A stretch of DNA of 64,000 bases from Kiritimatiellia bacterium. Lineage in GTDB: Bacteria; Verrucomicrobiota; Kiritimatiellia; RFP12; DVOR01. The stretch spans positions 74,364-138,363 of the forward strand of contig JAFYWN010000007.1 of NCBI GenBank assembly GCA_017558005.1. Direction: 5' to 3'. Positions 47,237 through 57,064 of this stretch are shown here, piece by piece (within the stretch, counting starts at the first letter, position 1; each line of letters opens with the position of its first letter). Made by a program: the position numbers and the translations under genes. The notes below the pieces were generated by a model that was not told the origin of the DNA, did not search any database, and was given only the letters and a program-made list of their open reading frames with translations.

Positions 47237-50200
47237 ATGAACTCTTTTAACACGACGACATGTGCGCTCCTCGCGACCGTTTTCTCGACAAGCGTTTTAT
47301 TGGCAGCAGACCCTGCAACGCCCGCCACCGAACAGGTCGCACAAATTACCTCTGCCGTAACAACGCAGTGGCCTTGCCAACCCGAACCTGTGAAGTTGCC
47401 CCACGGCTTCGACCCCAACCGCATCTACTTGGGTGCCCGCCCCTCGTTGTTGCCCGACGGCTCAAAGTTTTTGTTTGAGTGGTGCGATGCGATTTGGATT
47501 GCCCCCACCCAAGGTGGCACGGCAAAGGTGCTCCAACACACCACGGGCCGTGACACATGGCCTATCGTCTCCAACGACGGCAAGCGCTTCTGCTTCCAGT
47601 CTAATCGCTCTGGCGGTTGGCACGTCTTTGTGGCCGACATTAAAGAAGGTGCAGAGGCACGTCAAGTCGGCTTCAACTCTGAGGCAGAACGCCCCTACGG
47701 TTGGTCCAATGATGACTCCGAACTGCTCTGCTTCGTTGTCCGCGATGACGAAGGTTCAGTCTTTGACGTTGGCCGTTTAGCATGGATTCCCGTCAATGAA
47801 CGCGCCGCCGAACGTCGCATCTTTGACGCCCCGGGGTCTGAGCCCTCCCTCTCGCCTGACGGTCGTTACCTCTTGTTCACCCAAGAAGGTGAAGACCTTT
47901 ATCGTAAGGGTACCACGGGTGAAAACGTCTCTCGCATTTGGTGTTATGACACCCAAACAGGGGGCTTCACACTCGTCGTAAAGCATGACACTGAAAGCCG
48001 CACGCCCATTTGGGCACCCGATGGTCAGGGCTTCTACTATGTCGGTGGCCAAGATGGCACGCTCAACATTTGGTACCACGCCTTCCCTGGCACGGAAGAA
48101 CGTCAAATCACCTTCTTCCGCGGCGATAGTATCATCCACCCCACCCTCTCCAAGGACGGCAAGACCATGGTTTTCCGTCAAGGATTTGATTTCTGGTCCA
48201 TCAATCCCGAAGAAGGTGGCACGCCTCAGCGCATCTTGCTCACGCCTGAAGATACAGGTCTTGCTCGTGCAAAGACACGCCGTCGCCACTATGACACCAT
48301 TTGGAACAATGACCGCGCAGGTGGCCTCACGGCAACCAGTGGTGGTCTTGAATTAGCCTTCACGACAGGCGGCGACCTCTATGTGATGGATACCGTCTTA
48401 CGCGAGCCGCACCTTGTGTATGGTAGCTCGCGCACCCATGAACGTGACTGCGTCTTCTCGAAGGATGGTTCTCGCCTCTACTTCCTCTCGGATCGTGGTG
48501 ATAGCATTGCGCTGTTGATGGCAGAAAAAGTTCGCCCGCAGCACTTCTGGTGGGAAAACTCCGAATTTAAGATTCGTGAACTCGCAGGTGGCTCGGCACG
48601 TCGCTCGTTGCTCTCCCTCTCCCCTGACGGGACGAAACTCGCTTGGGTGGAAGCTGGTAGCTCGCTCGTTATTGCCGACACTGAAGGTAACGTCCTTCGC
48701 CGTCTTCCTCCCCAAAAGAGCATCAACTCTTATGATTGGTCCCCCGATGGTCGCTGGATGGTGACCGCGATGGAAGACGATTATGCCAATAATGACATTT
48801 GGTTGGTCCCCTTGGAAGAATTCCCTGGTGCCAAGCTTTACAACGTCTCCAGAAGCTTCACGTGGGATGGCAGCCCCTCTTGGTCGCCTGACGGTAAGCT
48901 ACTCGTTTGGAATGGCCAACGTGTTGGTTCGGGTTCGGCCCTCTTCTACGTGTGGTTGAATCGTAGCGATGAAGAGTCCTTGAAAACCGAAGCCTATCGT
49001 AAGGCTATTGAACACATGGGCCTCCGTCTGCAGGACCGCCCGGAAGCAACCGCTGTTCTGCTCGGCTCAACCGCCGTGGCCACACCTGACCCGCATAGTC
49101 CGAATGCAGACGCAGACATTCTTGCGAAGAAGCAAGAAGGCAACTATGTCGTCGTTGACCTTGATGGGCTCCATGAGCGCGTCCACGCCACCCCCATCCC
49201 CGCACTTGGCAATCCTTGCTTCGCTCCGAACTCTCGTCGTATCCTCTTCCCCGCCACGATTAATGGTCGTCCGGGCACCTATGAAGTTACGATTCCGAAT
49301 AACATGACGCCCACCTTCTTGCGTGATCGTTGGGGTTACCCATTGGGTTGGTTTGGTCGCGACAAGGACCCGCTTCGTGCAGATAAACTCCTCATGTTGA
49401 CCGCCGATTACAAGATAGGTACACTTGATGAAACCTATCCTTTCATGGTTTATCAAGAAATGAACTTGCAGGACTATCATGAACTCGGCTTCATGATGGC
49501 GTGGGGTCTCTTGCGCGATAACTACTATGACTCCAACTTCCACGGTGCTGACTGGAATGCCATTCGTGACAAGTATCAAGCACCCGCGCGTTTCGCCCCT
49601 TCACGTTCGGTTTATGAACGCATCTTCAATGCGCTCAATGGCGAATTGAACTCCTCCCACCTTGGCTTCTATGGCAATGCCACCTCCAATAAAGAATGGG
49701 GTGCAGACAAGCCCTTCAACTCGTGGGAACCCGTCACCTCGCATTTGGGCATTATCTTCGACCAGGCCTACTCTGGCGAACAGGGGTGGATGGTTAAGAA
49801 GGTCATCCCTGGTGGTCCTGCAGACTCTGAGCAGATTAACATTCGCCCTGGCGACTTGATTGTCAGCATTGATGGCAAGCCGATTCGCAATGGCATTGAC
49901 CCGACGCTCTTGCTCAATGGTCCGAAGCCCGGCAAGTTCATCCTTGAAGTGCGCTCAAATGATCGCGTTCGTAAGGTCTATTTGGAAGCCATCACCTATG
50001 CTGATGCACGTACACTTGTTCAAAAGGCAATGTATGCAAATCGCCGTGACTATGTCCATCGTCGTTCTGGTGGTGCATTTGGTTACATCAACATCGCCCA
50101 GATGAACAACGATGAATACAACCGCTTCGAGCGTGAAATCTTCGCAGAAGGATTTGATAAGGATGGCATGGTAATTGACGTGCGTGATAACGTCGGTGGC

Positions 50201-50695
50201 TTCACGGCAGACAAGGTCTTGAACATCCTCGGCGTGCAGCGTCACTCTTGGTCTGTCGCCCGCTATGGTCGCCCCGCCTACCTTGCTAGCTATTGGGGTC
50301 GCCCGGTCTTTGACAAGCCCATCGTCGTGCTCTGCAACCAGAACACCGTCTCCAATGGTGAAATCTTCTCCCATGCAATCAAGCAGCTCGGCCGCGGTAA
50401 GTTGGTCGGCGTACAGACCAATGGTGGCGTAATCGCCACTCGCGATGGTCCGCTCTTGGACCTCGGCAATCTGCGCCAGGCCCACTACGGGTGGTACACG
50501 CTTGATGGCACTGACATGGAACTCCATGGCGCGCTTCCAGACGTTATTGTTGCCAATACGCCTGCTGACACCGCCGCTGGACGCGACCCGCAACTTGACG
50601 CAGCGATTGACACCTTACAGGAAGAAGTTAGCAAGGCTCAAGAAAACATCAAGCCGTTTGTGCCGAACACCTTCCAGTGGAATCACCGTCTCTAA
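47237..50695 (+). CDS. tricorn-like protease: TolB/WD40-like beta-propellers + PDZ + S41 peptidase domain
   Basis: About 1150 aa. It begins with a signal peptide (MNSFNTTTCALLATVFSTSVLLAADP) and repeated PD40-type motifs (SPDG..L.F/W). A PDZ domain (GDLIVSIDGKPI) is followed by a C-terminal S41 core (VVLCNQNTVSNGEIFSHA). Confidence 0.8.
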   Translation: MNSFNTTTCALLATVFSTSVLLAADPATPATEQVAQITSAVTTQWPCQPEPVKLPHGFDPNRIYLGARPSLLPDGSKFLFEWCDAIWIAPTQGGTAKVLQHTTGRDTWPIVSNDGKRFCFQSNRSGGWHVFVADIKEGAEARQVGFNSEAERPYGWSNDDSELLCFVVRDDEGSVFDVGRLAWIPVNERAAERRIFDAPGSEPSLSPDGRYLLFTQEGEDLYRKGTTGENVSRIWCYDTQTGGFTLVVKHDTESRTPIWAPDGQGFYYVGGQDGTLNIWYHAFPGTEERQITFFRGDSIIHPTLSKDGKTMVFRQGFDFWSINPEEGGTPQRILLTPEDTGLARAKTRRRHYDTIWNNDRAGGLTATSGGLELAFTTGGDLYVMDTVLREPHLVYGSSRTHERDCVFSKDGSRLYFLSDRGDSIALLMAEKVRPQHFWWENSEFKIRELAGGSARRSLLSLSPDGTKLAWVEAGSSLVIADTEGNVLRRLPPQKSINSYDWSPDGRWMVTAMEDDYANNDIWLVPLEEFPGAKLYNVSRSFTWDGSPSWSPDGKLLVWNGQRVGSGSALFYVWLNRSDEESLKTEAYRKAIEHMGLRLQDRPEATAVLLGSTAVATPDPHSPNADADILAKKQEGNYVVVDLDGLHERVHATPIPALGNPCFAPNSRRILFPATINGRPGTYEVTIPNNMTPTFLRDRWGYPLGWFGRDKDPLRADKLLMLTADYKIGTLDETYPFMVYQEMNLQDYHELGFMMAWGLLRDNYYDSNFHGADWNAIRDKYQAPARFAPSRSVYERIFNALNGELNSSHLGFYGNATSNKEWGADKPFNSWEPVTSHLGIIFDQAYSGEQGWMVKKVIPGGPADSEQINIRPGDLIVSIDGKPIRNGIDPTLLLNGPKPGKFILEVRSNDRVRKVYLEAITYADARTLVQKAMYANRRDYVHRRSGGAFGYINIAQMNNDEYNRFEREIFAEGFDKDGMVIDVRDNVGGFTADKVLNILGVQRHSWSVARYGRPAYLASYWGRPVFDKPIVVLCNQNTVSNGEIFSHAIKQLGRGKLVGVQTNGGVIATRDGPLLDLGNLRQAHYGWYTLDGTDMELHGALPDVIVANTPADTAAGRDPQLDAAIDTLQEEVSKAQENIKPFVPNTFQWNHRL

Positions 50696-50715
50696 TGTAA
50701 TCCCCATTCAATACT

Positions 50716-51075
50716 ATGACTCGTACACTTCTACACGCAAAGCTTCATCATCTGCGCATCACACAGGCAGACTTGGAATATCTTGGATCGCTCACGATTG
50801 ACGAAGATCTGATGGATGCCGTTGGCATCGTTACCTACGAGAAAATTCTCGTGGCCAACCTTGAAAATGGCGAACGTCTTGAAACGTATGCCATCCCTGG
50901 CCCACGTGGTTCTCGTATTGCTTGCCTTAATGGTGCTGCAGCCTATATGGGAAAACCCGGCGATCGCCTCATCGTTATGGCCTTCTGCCAAGTCACAGAC
51001 GAAGAAGCCGCCGACCTTTGCCCGAAAGTGGTTCGCCTTGATGCCGACAATCGCATCATTGCTAAGGCATACTAA
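50716..51075 (+). CDS. panD: aspartate 1-decarboxylase proenzyme
   Basis: 119 aa: MTRTLLHAKLHHLRITQADLEYLGSLTIDEDL, with the self-cleavage G-S site. Confidence 0.93.
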   Translation: MTRTLLHAKLHHLRITQADLEYLGSLTIDEDLMDAVGIVTYEKILVANLENGERLETYAIPGPRGSRIACLNGAAAYMGKPGDRLIVMAFCQVTDEEAADLCPKVVRLDADNRIIAKAY

Positions 51076-51100
51076 TCACCACGAATCCCCTTAACAACGT

Positions 51101-51143
51101 CCGCCTCTACTCGGATTCCCCGAATTAGAGGCGGTCATTTTTT
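51101..51143 (+). terminator. rho-independent terminator after panD
   Basis: CCGCCTCTA-loop(16)-TAGAGGCGG followed by TCATTTTTT. Confidence 0.7.
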
Positions 51144-51221
51144 AGTCTAAACAACATGAGCCGCTTTGTTTAGAAGAGAAAGCGGCCCGCAATCTATCCT
51201 ACCCTAAATTGAGAAAGACGA

Positions 51222-51872
51222 TTACCAAAGAATTGGCGTACGTCCATGCGCCGTGAGATAGGCATTCGCCGCAGAGAAGTGGCGGCACCCGAAAAAGCCA
51301 TTCCACGCAGAAAGAGGAGAGGGATGCGCGGCGGTTAAAATCAAATGGCGGCGCGAATCAATTAAAGAGCGCTTTGCCTTTGCCTTGCTTCCCCAAAGCA
51401 TAAAGACCACATGTTCACTCTTTTGGGCCACCGTTTTAATGATTTCATCGGTAAATGCTTCCCACCCTTTGCCAGCGTGTGAGAGCGGAGCACCCGCACG
51501 CACCGTCAAAATGGCATTCAGCAGAAGCACCCCTTGTTTCGCCCAAGGCGTCAAATCACCCCCCTCAATGTGCGCTGGTCCGACATCGGCTTCAATCTCT
51601 TTGAGCATATTTCTCAGAGAGGGCGGAGGCGCAACAGGATGTTGCACAGAGAACGCCAAGCCATGCGCATGACCTGGCGTGGGATAAGGATCTTGTCCAA
51701 GAATGACGACACGTGTTTCGGCGAGCGAGCAGAGTTGCAGTGCGGTGTAGATGGTGTCATAGGGTGGCAACACCTGTTCGCGCGCATAAGCCTCCTTTAC
51801 AAAGGCCCGTAATGCGGTGAACTCCGGCTTGGCAATAAAGTCTGCCAATGCGTCACGCCAGTCTGTCTTCAT
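51222..51872 (-). CDS. ung: uracil-DNA glycosylase (family 1)
   Basis: 216 aa with GQDPYPTPGHAHGLAFSV and HPSPLSA motifs. Confidence 0.93.
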   Translation of the reverse strand: MKTDWRDALADFIAKPEFTALRAFVKEAYAREQVLPPYDTIYTALQLCSLAETRVVILGQDPYPTPGHAHGLAFSVQHPVAPPPSLRNMLKEIEADVGPAHIEGGDLTPWAKQGVLLLNAILTVRAGAPLSHAGKGWEAFTDEIIKTVAQKSEHVVFMLWGSKAKAKRSLIDSRRHLILTAAHPSPLSAWNGFFGCRHFSAANAYLTAHGRTPILW

Positions 51873-51877
51873 GGCTC

Positions 51878-52312
51878 TTACGATGCGTTATAGCTTGGAT
51901 CCTGCACTTCAAAGGGCTCATTAAATGCCACATTGAAGTCATAGACAGCATCAAAATCTTCCAATTTATCCTCGGGTGTTTTACCAAAACACCCCACAGA
52001 AATCAGATTATAGACGAGATTACCAATGTCAATCGTTGCGCGGATATTCAAATCTGCGAGAATCTCATAGGCAAATGGGCCGAACTCTTCCAACATATAG
52101 TCGCGGAAGCCTTCGGAGAGTTGGCGTCCTGTCACGTGGCGAGAGGCGGCACCATTATCAAAAAGATCACCTGCGCGTTGGCGTTCTTGGATTTGACGCA
52201 CGGTGTAATCTAATGTGACTGGCATCAACTCGTACGCTCCACGCGGATAGCGTTGGTCGCGTTTGAGAATCATTGAAACGGCACGCTCAAAATTTTCGTT
52301 GCGCATACTCAC
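51878..52312 (-). CDS. conserved hypothetical protein
   Basis: 144-aa ORF tightly packed between hisF and ung, with a 4-nt overlap and a 5-nt gap. I cannot name a domain with confidence. Confidence 0.5.
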   Translation of the reverse strand: MSMRNENFERAVSMILKRDQRYPRGAYELMPVTLDYTVRQIQERQRAGDLFDNGAASRHVTGRQLSEGFRDYMLEEFGPFAYEILADLNIRATIDIGNLVYNLISVGCFGKTPEDKLEDFDAVYDFNVAFNEPFEVQDPSYNAS

Positions 52313-53079
52313 CTCATTGGGATTCCTGCATCGCGCAGCGCCTGCTTGATGCCTCCACAGGTGTAACCCATCGTATGAACCATTGAAGCTACAAGCGCCG
52401 CATCCGCACGTCCTTCCGTGAGCACATCCACGAGGTGTTGGGGGGTGCCTGCGCCACCAGAAGCAATCACTGGAACGCTCACCGCCTCACTGACCATTCG
52501 CGTAATGGGCAATTCATATCCCTCTCGAACGCCATCAGTGTCAATCGCATTCAGGCAGATTTCACCTGCGCCACGCGCCACCGCTTCCTTCGCCCATGCC
52601 AATGCATCGCGCCCGGTGGGTTGGCGGCCACCACGAATAACGACCTCATATCCAGAGGGAATTGCGGCGGAAACTGGCACACGTTTCGCATCCATGCCAA
52701 GCACCACGCACTGACGTCCAAAGGCCTTTGCCCCCTCAGTCAAAATCTCTGGCGACTCCACGGCAAGCGAATTGAGCGACACTTTATCGGCGCCCGCGAG
52801 CAATGCAGCACGCATATCTTCCACGCCACGAATACCACCGCCCACTGTAAACGGCACGCTTAAAGCCCGTGCCGCACGTGCAACCATATCAAGGTCGCAA
52901 CAACGATGTTCAGCGCTCGCCGTGATATCGTAAAAGACCAATTCATCCGCGCCGTCTTTGCAGTACTGGGCCGCCATCTCGACGGGATCGCCCACGTCGA
53001 CATTTCCCTTGAACTTCACGCCCTTAGTGACGCGACCATTTCGCACATCAAGGCACACAATCAGACGTTTTAAGAGCAT
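52309..53079 (-). CDS. hisF: imidazole glycerol phosphate synthase cyclase subunit
   Basis: [25 protein letters not shown] and ASGGAG motifs. The Met at 53079 ([12 protein letters not shown]) is preferred. Confidence 0.95.
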   Translation of the reverse strand: MLLKRLIVCLDVRNGRVTKGVKFKGNVDVGDPVEMAAQYCKDGADELVFYDITASAEHRCCDLDMVARAARALSVPFTVGGGIRGVEDMRAALLAGADKVSLNSLAVESPEILTEGAKAFGRQCVVLGMDAKRVPVSAAIPSGYEVVIRGGRQPTGRDALAWAKEAVARGAGEICLNAIDTDGVREGYELPITRMVSEAVSVPVIASGGAGTPQHLVDVLTEGRADAALVASMVHTMGYTCGGIKQALRDAGIPMR

Positions 53080-53693
53080 GCGCCCTCCCAATTGAGAAAA
53101 TTACGCAACAGTAATGCCCCAGCTTCGCCGCTCCGCTCTGGGTGGAACTGCGTTGCAAAAAGCGAACCCGAACCCACCACAGCGGCAAAGGATTCCCCGC
53201 AGTAATCCGTTACGCCCAAAACATGCGCAGGATTTTCTGGTGTAACAAAGTAAGAGTGAACAAAATAGAATGCCGCATCCTGCTTGAGGCCCTCAAACAA
53301 TGGATGAGCGGTATAGCGAAGGGTGTTCCATCCCATGTGCGGAATCTTTGCATCGGGTTGCTTAGTGCGATCAAATTCACGGCAATCGCCCGCAATCAAA
53401 TTGAGACCTTGGGTACCGCCATCTTCTGCGGAAACGCCAAGTAAGAGTTGCATCCCCAAGCAAATCCCCATGACAGGCGTGCCTTGCGCGACTGCATTGC
53501 GCAACAACTGATCAAAGCCACGCGCTTGAACACCTGCCATCCCAGATGCGGCAGACCCCACGCCAGGGAAAAGAATGCGGCCCCCTTTGTATTGTGCGGC
53601 ATCCGTAATAATTTCGGGTTGCTCCCCTAACCGTTCAAAGGCTAAGCGAACACTTGTCAAATTTCCAGCGCCATAGTCTAAAATTGTAATCAT
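53070..53693 (-). CDS. hisH: imidazole glycerol phosphate synthase glutamine amidotransferase subunit
   Basis: 207 aa with [21 protein letters not shown] (catalytic Cys) and QFHPERS. Confidence 0.93.
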   Translation of the reverse strand: MITILDYGAGNLTSVRLAFERLGEQPEIITDAAQYKGGRILFPGVGSAASGMAGVQARGFDQLLRNAVAQGTPVMGICLGMQLLLGVSAEDGGTQGLNLIAGDCREFDRTKQPDAKIPHMGWNTLRYTAHPLFEGLKQDAAFYFVHSYFVTPENPAHVLGVTDYCGESFAAVVGSGSLFATQFHPERSGEAGALLLRNFLNWEGACS

Positions 53694-53757
53694 ATCATCC
53701 TTGAATCAATCAGCAAAAGGGTTTTCTTGTGCGAAGCCTTGCGCATCTCATCTCCAT

Positions 53758-54525
53758 TTAACGGCGACACATTCCATCACAAGAAGCGCATCGTTCAATA
53801 CCGCCAGGCTTTCGTTTCGTTGCGGCACGTTGCACTACACCAAGGCCATTACACCGTTTGCACAGTCGGGCAAGTCCAGTTCGTTCACAGGTTTTACAGG
53901 CTTTTTCCCCCGTGCCATCACAAGCTGTGCAGGACTCCTGCTCCTCAATCTTCTCTCCCGTCTCAGGCAAAACTTTCACCTTACGCGTAAAGCCGAGGCT
54001 ATCACACCGCGAACACGATTGCACACCAAAGCCGTAGCACTTTTTGCATGCTGCAGGATAACGCGCCGCCAACGTAGCAAAGGTCTCAGGATCAAGGGCA
54101 TCTGCCACCGCTTTTTCAAGATAGGCGGCACCGATGGGTTGGTGACGTTCGAGCGTGTGTGCGTTTTCGTAGGTGGCACGTTGCTGACGATACGCCTCCA
54201 CACGCTCTTGCAAAGTGAGCTTTCTCACGCAGGTCTTGCGCCCCTTACAAGCCTTACACGGCACCATAAAATGCTCAGGTTTAGCCAATTGCGTTTGGTG
54301 AGAACGGCGCGTACGATTGATGGAACGATTATCTTTGTTAAACAATTCGCTCTCCACGACGCCTTTTCCATTGCAGACAAGGCAACTCCGTTCAGCCGTT
54401 TGAGGTAATGCCTCTGGCGGTGGGAAAAAGCCCTTTGGCAGGTCCGCACTTTGCGTCTCTGCAAATAAACCAGAGCAGAGCGCCGAACACGTCAATAGCA
54501 GAAGTAACAATCGCAGCAGACCCAT
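53758..54525 (-). CDS. secreted protein with eight CxxC (DnaJ-type CxxCxGxG-like) zinc-knuckle motifs
   Basis: 255 aa with a signal peptide MGLLRLLLLLLTCSALCSGLFA. The motifs are CLVCNGKG, CKACKGRK, CKKCYGFG, CSRCDSLG, CTACDGTG, CKTCERTG, CKRCNGLG and CASCDGMC. The antisense 235-aa ORF was rejected. Confidence 0.65.
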   Translation of the reverse strand: MGLLRLLLLLLTCSALCSGLFAETQSADLPKGFFPPPEALPQTAERSCLVCNGKGVVESELFNKDNRSINRTRRSHQTQLAKPEHFMVPCKACKGRKTCVRKLTLQERVEAYRQQRATYENAHTLERHQPIGAAYLEKAVADALDPETFATLAARYPAACKKCYGFGVQSCSRCDSLGFTRKVKVLPETGEKIEEQESCTACDGTGEKACKTCERTGLARLCKRCNGLGVVQRAATKRKPGGIERCASCDGMCRR

Positions 54526-54539
54526 GAAAAGACTTCCAA

Positions 54540-55871
54540 TTATTGAATCCCGTACTCTTTCAGGCGACGATAGAGCGTGCGCAAGGGAATACCCAATTGT
54601 TTTGCCGCTTCCGTTTTATTTTTGCATACCTGCAAGGTCGCACGAATCCGCATTGCCTCATCTGAAGGGGGCGCCATCTCTGCGATGGGCGCACCGACCT
54701 CCGAAGCCGAAGCAATATTCGCTGGCACATCCGCTAAGGTCAGACGATCCCCCTTCGCGAGCACCATCATGCGTTCGACCGTATTGCGCAGTTCTCGCAC
54801 ATTGCCTGGCCATGCATAGCGCGAAAAGACCTCAAGCACCTCGGGCTCAAATCCTAAAATGGTGCGCCCCAACAAGGGATTAAATTCACGCACAAAGGCA
54901 TCGCACAGCAAGGGAATATCGTCTCCACGGTCGCGCAATGGTGGCAGATTCACATCCACCACATTCAACCGGAAGAAGAGGTCTTCGCGAAACTTCCCCT
55001 GCTTCACCCATTCAGCTAAATTACGATTCGTGGCGGCGACCAAACGAATGTTAATCGGAATCTGCTCGGAAGAGCCGACCGGCTCCACTGTGCGCGTCTC
55101 TAAAACGCGCAAGAGCTTGACCTGCGTCGCGGCATCAATTTCGGAAATCTCGTCTAAGAAGAGCGTCCCGCCATCTGCGAGTTCAAAACGGCCTTTACGC
55201 GTTTCATCAGCCCCCGTGAACGCGCCCTTCACGTGCCCAAAGAGTTCACTCTCCAATAACGAGGGCGCCAATGCCGCACAGTGCACCGCCACAAAGGGTG
55301 CATTTGCACGTGGGCTCAACGCATGAATTGCGCGCGCCACCAATTCCTTACCCGTGCCACTGGGTCCTTGAATGAGGACTGTCGCAGGCGTAGGCGCGGC
55401 TTGACGAATACGTTCACGCACCTGTTGCATCGCTTCCGAGGTGCCCAACATACGATTCAGCGCGGATTGCCCAACGAGTTGCGTGCGCAGATTGGCATTT
55501 TGCCGTTCGAGATGCTTTTGCTTTAAGGCGCGTCGAACGACCAATTCCAAGTGATCTAAGTTAATCGGCTTCGTAAGGAAGTCATAGGCGCCATCCTTCA
55601 TGGCCTCAACCGCACTCTCAACGGAACCATATGCCGACAACAAAATGACCGGAATTCCAGGATACGCCGCAATGATATCTCGCAATAACGAAAGACCGTC
55701 GCGTCCTGGCATACGTAAATCCGTGAGCACCAAGTCTACGGAGTTCACATTTAATGCCGCCATCGCGGCATCTGCATCCGCCGCCGTCAACACCATGTAG
55801 TCGCTTCGCAAGGTGCGCGCCACACCTTCACGTGTGGCTTTATCATCATCAACGACCAAAATTGTACTCAT
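54540..55871 (-). CDS. sigma-54-dependent response regulator (NtrC/AtoC family)
   Basis: A REC domain (VVDDDKATREG...DLRMPG), an AAA+ sigma54-activator domain (GPSGTGKE, GAFTGA, ELFGHVKGAFTGA) and a C-terminal Fis-type HTH. Confidence 0.92.
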   Translation of the reverse strand: MSTILVVDDDKATREGVARTLRSDYMVLTAADADAAMAALNVNSVDLVLTDLRMPGRDGLSLLRDIIAAYPGIPVILLSAYGSVESAVEAMKDGAYDFLTKPINLDHLELVVRRALKQKHLERQNANLRTQLVGQSALNRMLGTSEAMQQVRERIRQAAPTPATVLIQGPSGTGKELVARAIHALSPRANAPFVAVHCAALAPSLLESELFGHVKGAFTGADETRKGRFELADGGTLFLDEISEIDAATQVKLLRVLETRTVEPVGSSEQIPINIRLVAATNRNLAEWVKQGKFREDLFFRLNVVDVNLPPLRDRGDDIPLLCDAFVREFNPLLGRTILGFEPEVLEVFSRYAWPGNVRELRNTVERMMVLAKGDRLTLADVPANIASASEVGAPIAEMAPPSDEAMRIRATLQVCKNKTEAAKQLGIPLRTLYRRLKEYGIQ

Positions 55872-57046
55872 TCACACACCCCTTCCGACGAAGCGCTTTC
55901 AAGCGTTCGGATTTGACGTTCTGCACGGGGCAACCGCACGGTGAAGCACGTTCCCTCGCCCTCATGGCTCGCACACTGAATTGTTCCGCCATGGCGTTGC
56001 ACAATGCGTCGGACCACCATCAAACCTAATCCGCTTCCCTTCGTCTTTGTGGTCACGTAAGGGTCAAAGATTTTACCTAACAAATCCGCGGGAATCCCAG
56101 TGCCATTATCCATCACCGAGACCGAAACAGCGGTATCATCCACCGTCACAGAGAGGCCAATCTTGCCAGCATCTGGGATTGCATCCATCGCATTCTTCAA
56201 CAAATTGAAGAAGACTTGCTCCATCTGTTGGGCATCTAAGAAGATATCTGGGGTGACTTCTGGTAAAAGTTGCTCGAGGGTAATTTTCCGTTGCTCAATA
56301 TCAGGCGTGAGCAATTTCACCGTGGTCTGCAAGACATCACAAATATTTCCACGCACGAGATGCGGTTCAGAGGGACGCAGCGCGGTTAGAAAACGACGAA
56401 TAATGCCATCTAACCGCACGACTTCTTGCGAAGCAATTCCCGTCAACTCCTGCAAACTCTCACGTGTGGCGGCTTCGGGAATCTTCCGCAATTCGCGTTC
56501 CAACAACTGCAAATGAATCGTCAGCGCATTGAGAGGATTGCCGATTTCGTGGGCTACGCCTGCCGCCAATGTCTTAACCGCGGAGAGCCGTTCATCGGCG
56601 AGTGTATCCTCTTCCGTCAGACGTTCCCGCGTAACATCGCGCAACATCAAGAGCAATTCCGTCCGATTCTCAAACTCCACAGGGCGCGCGTAATACGCAA
56701 TTACACGATGCTCGGGGTAAGAGATCTCAATCTCTCGCGCTTCAATACGATTCCAGTCCGCGACCTGATTTAAGAGTAATGTATCAATCTCCCAATCACG
56801 AAGGTAACGCTTCATTGAATTACCGCGTTCACGTTCGGCAGAGAAACCAATCATTACCTCGGCCGCATGGTTGGCATAGAGCAAGCGAATTTCATCGCCA
56901 AGCACCAAAATACCTTCATTGATCGACTGAAACAAGGTTTCCAAAAAGCCACGCTCTCGCGCAAGCGCAGCAATATGCGCCGAGGCAACCGGCGCATCAA
57001 TTCGATCTAAACGGGAGATAAATTTATCGAAAAAGCCTTGACGCAT
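55868..57046 (-). CDS. cytoplasmic PAS-domain sensor histidine kinase (NtrB-like)
   Basis: 392 aa with no TM helices. It has a PAS segment, an H-box AAGVAHEIGNPLN and HATPase N/G boxes (NLLKNAMDA, DNGTGI, GSGLGL). It overlaps the regulator gene by 4 nt. Confidence 0.88.
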   Translation of the reverse strand: MRQGFFDKFISRLDRIDAPVASAHIAALARERGFLETLFQSINEGILVLGDEIRLLYANHAAEVMIGFSAERERGNSMKRYLRDWEIDTLLLNQVADWNRIEAREIEISYPEHRVIAYYARPVEFENRTELLLMLRDVTRERLTEEDTLADERLSAVKTLAAGVAHEIGNPLNALTIHLQLLERELRKIPEAATRESLQELTGIASQEVVRLDGIIRRFLTALRPSEPHLVRGNICDVLQTTVKLLTPDIEQRKITLEQLLPEVTPDIFLDAQQMEQVFFNLLKNAMDAIPDAGKIGLSVTVDDTAVSVSVMDNGTGIPADLLGKIFDPYVTTKTKGSGLGLMVVRRIVQRHGGTIQCASHEGEGTCFTVRLPRAERQIRTLESASSEGVCE

Positions 57047-57064
57047 ATGCTGTCAAACTGACAA

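Noticed and set aside
52675-52690. Sigma54-like promoter TGGCAC-N5-TCGCA, of interest because an NtrC-type activator is nearby
   Set aside because: It lies inside hisF on the antisense (+) strand, has one mismatch in the -12 element and has no downstream gene to drive. It is probably a chance match. I found no convincing -24/-12 element in the intergenic regions.
53701-54408. 235-aa + strand ORF opposite the CxxC-repeat gene
   Set aside because: The minus-strand frame has a signal peptide, regularly spaced CxxCxGxG motifs and operon-like packing with the neighbouring minus-strand genes. The + frame is low-complexity (R/T/L/F-rich).
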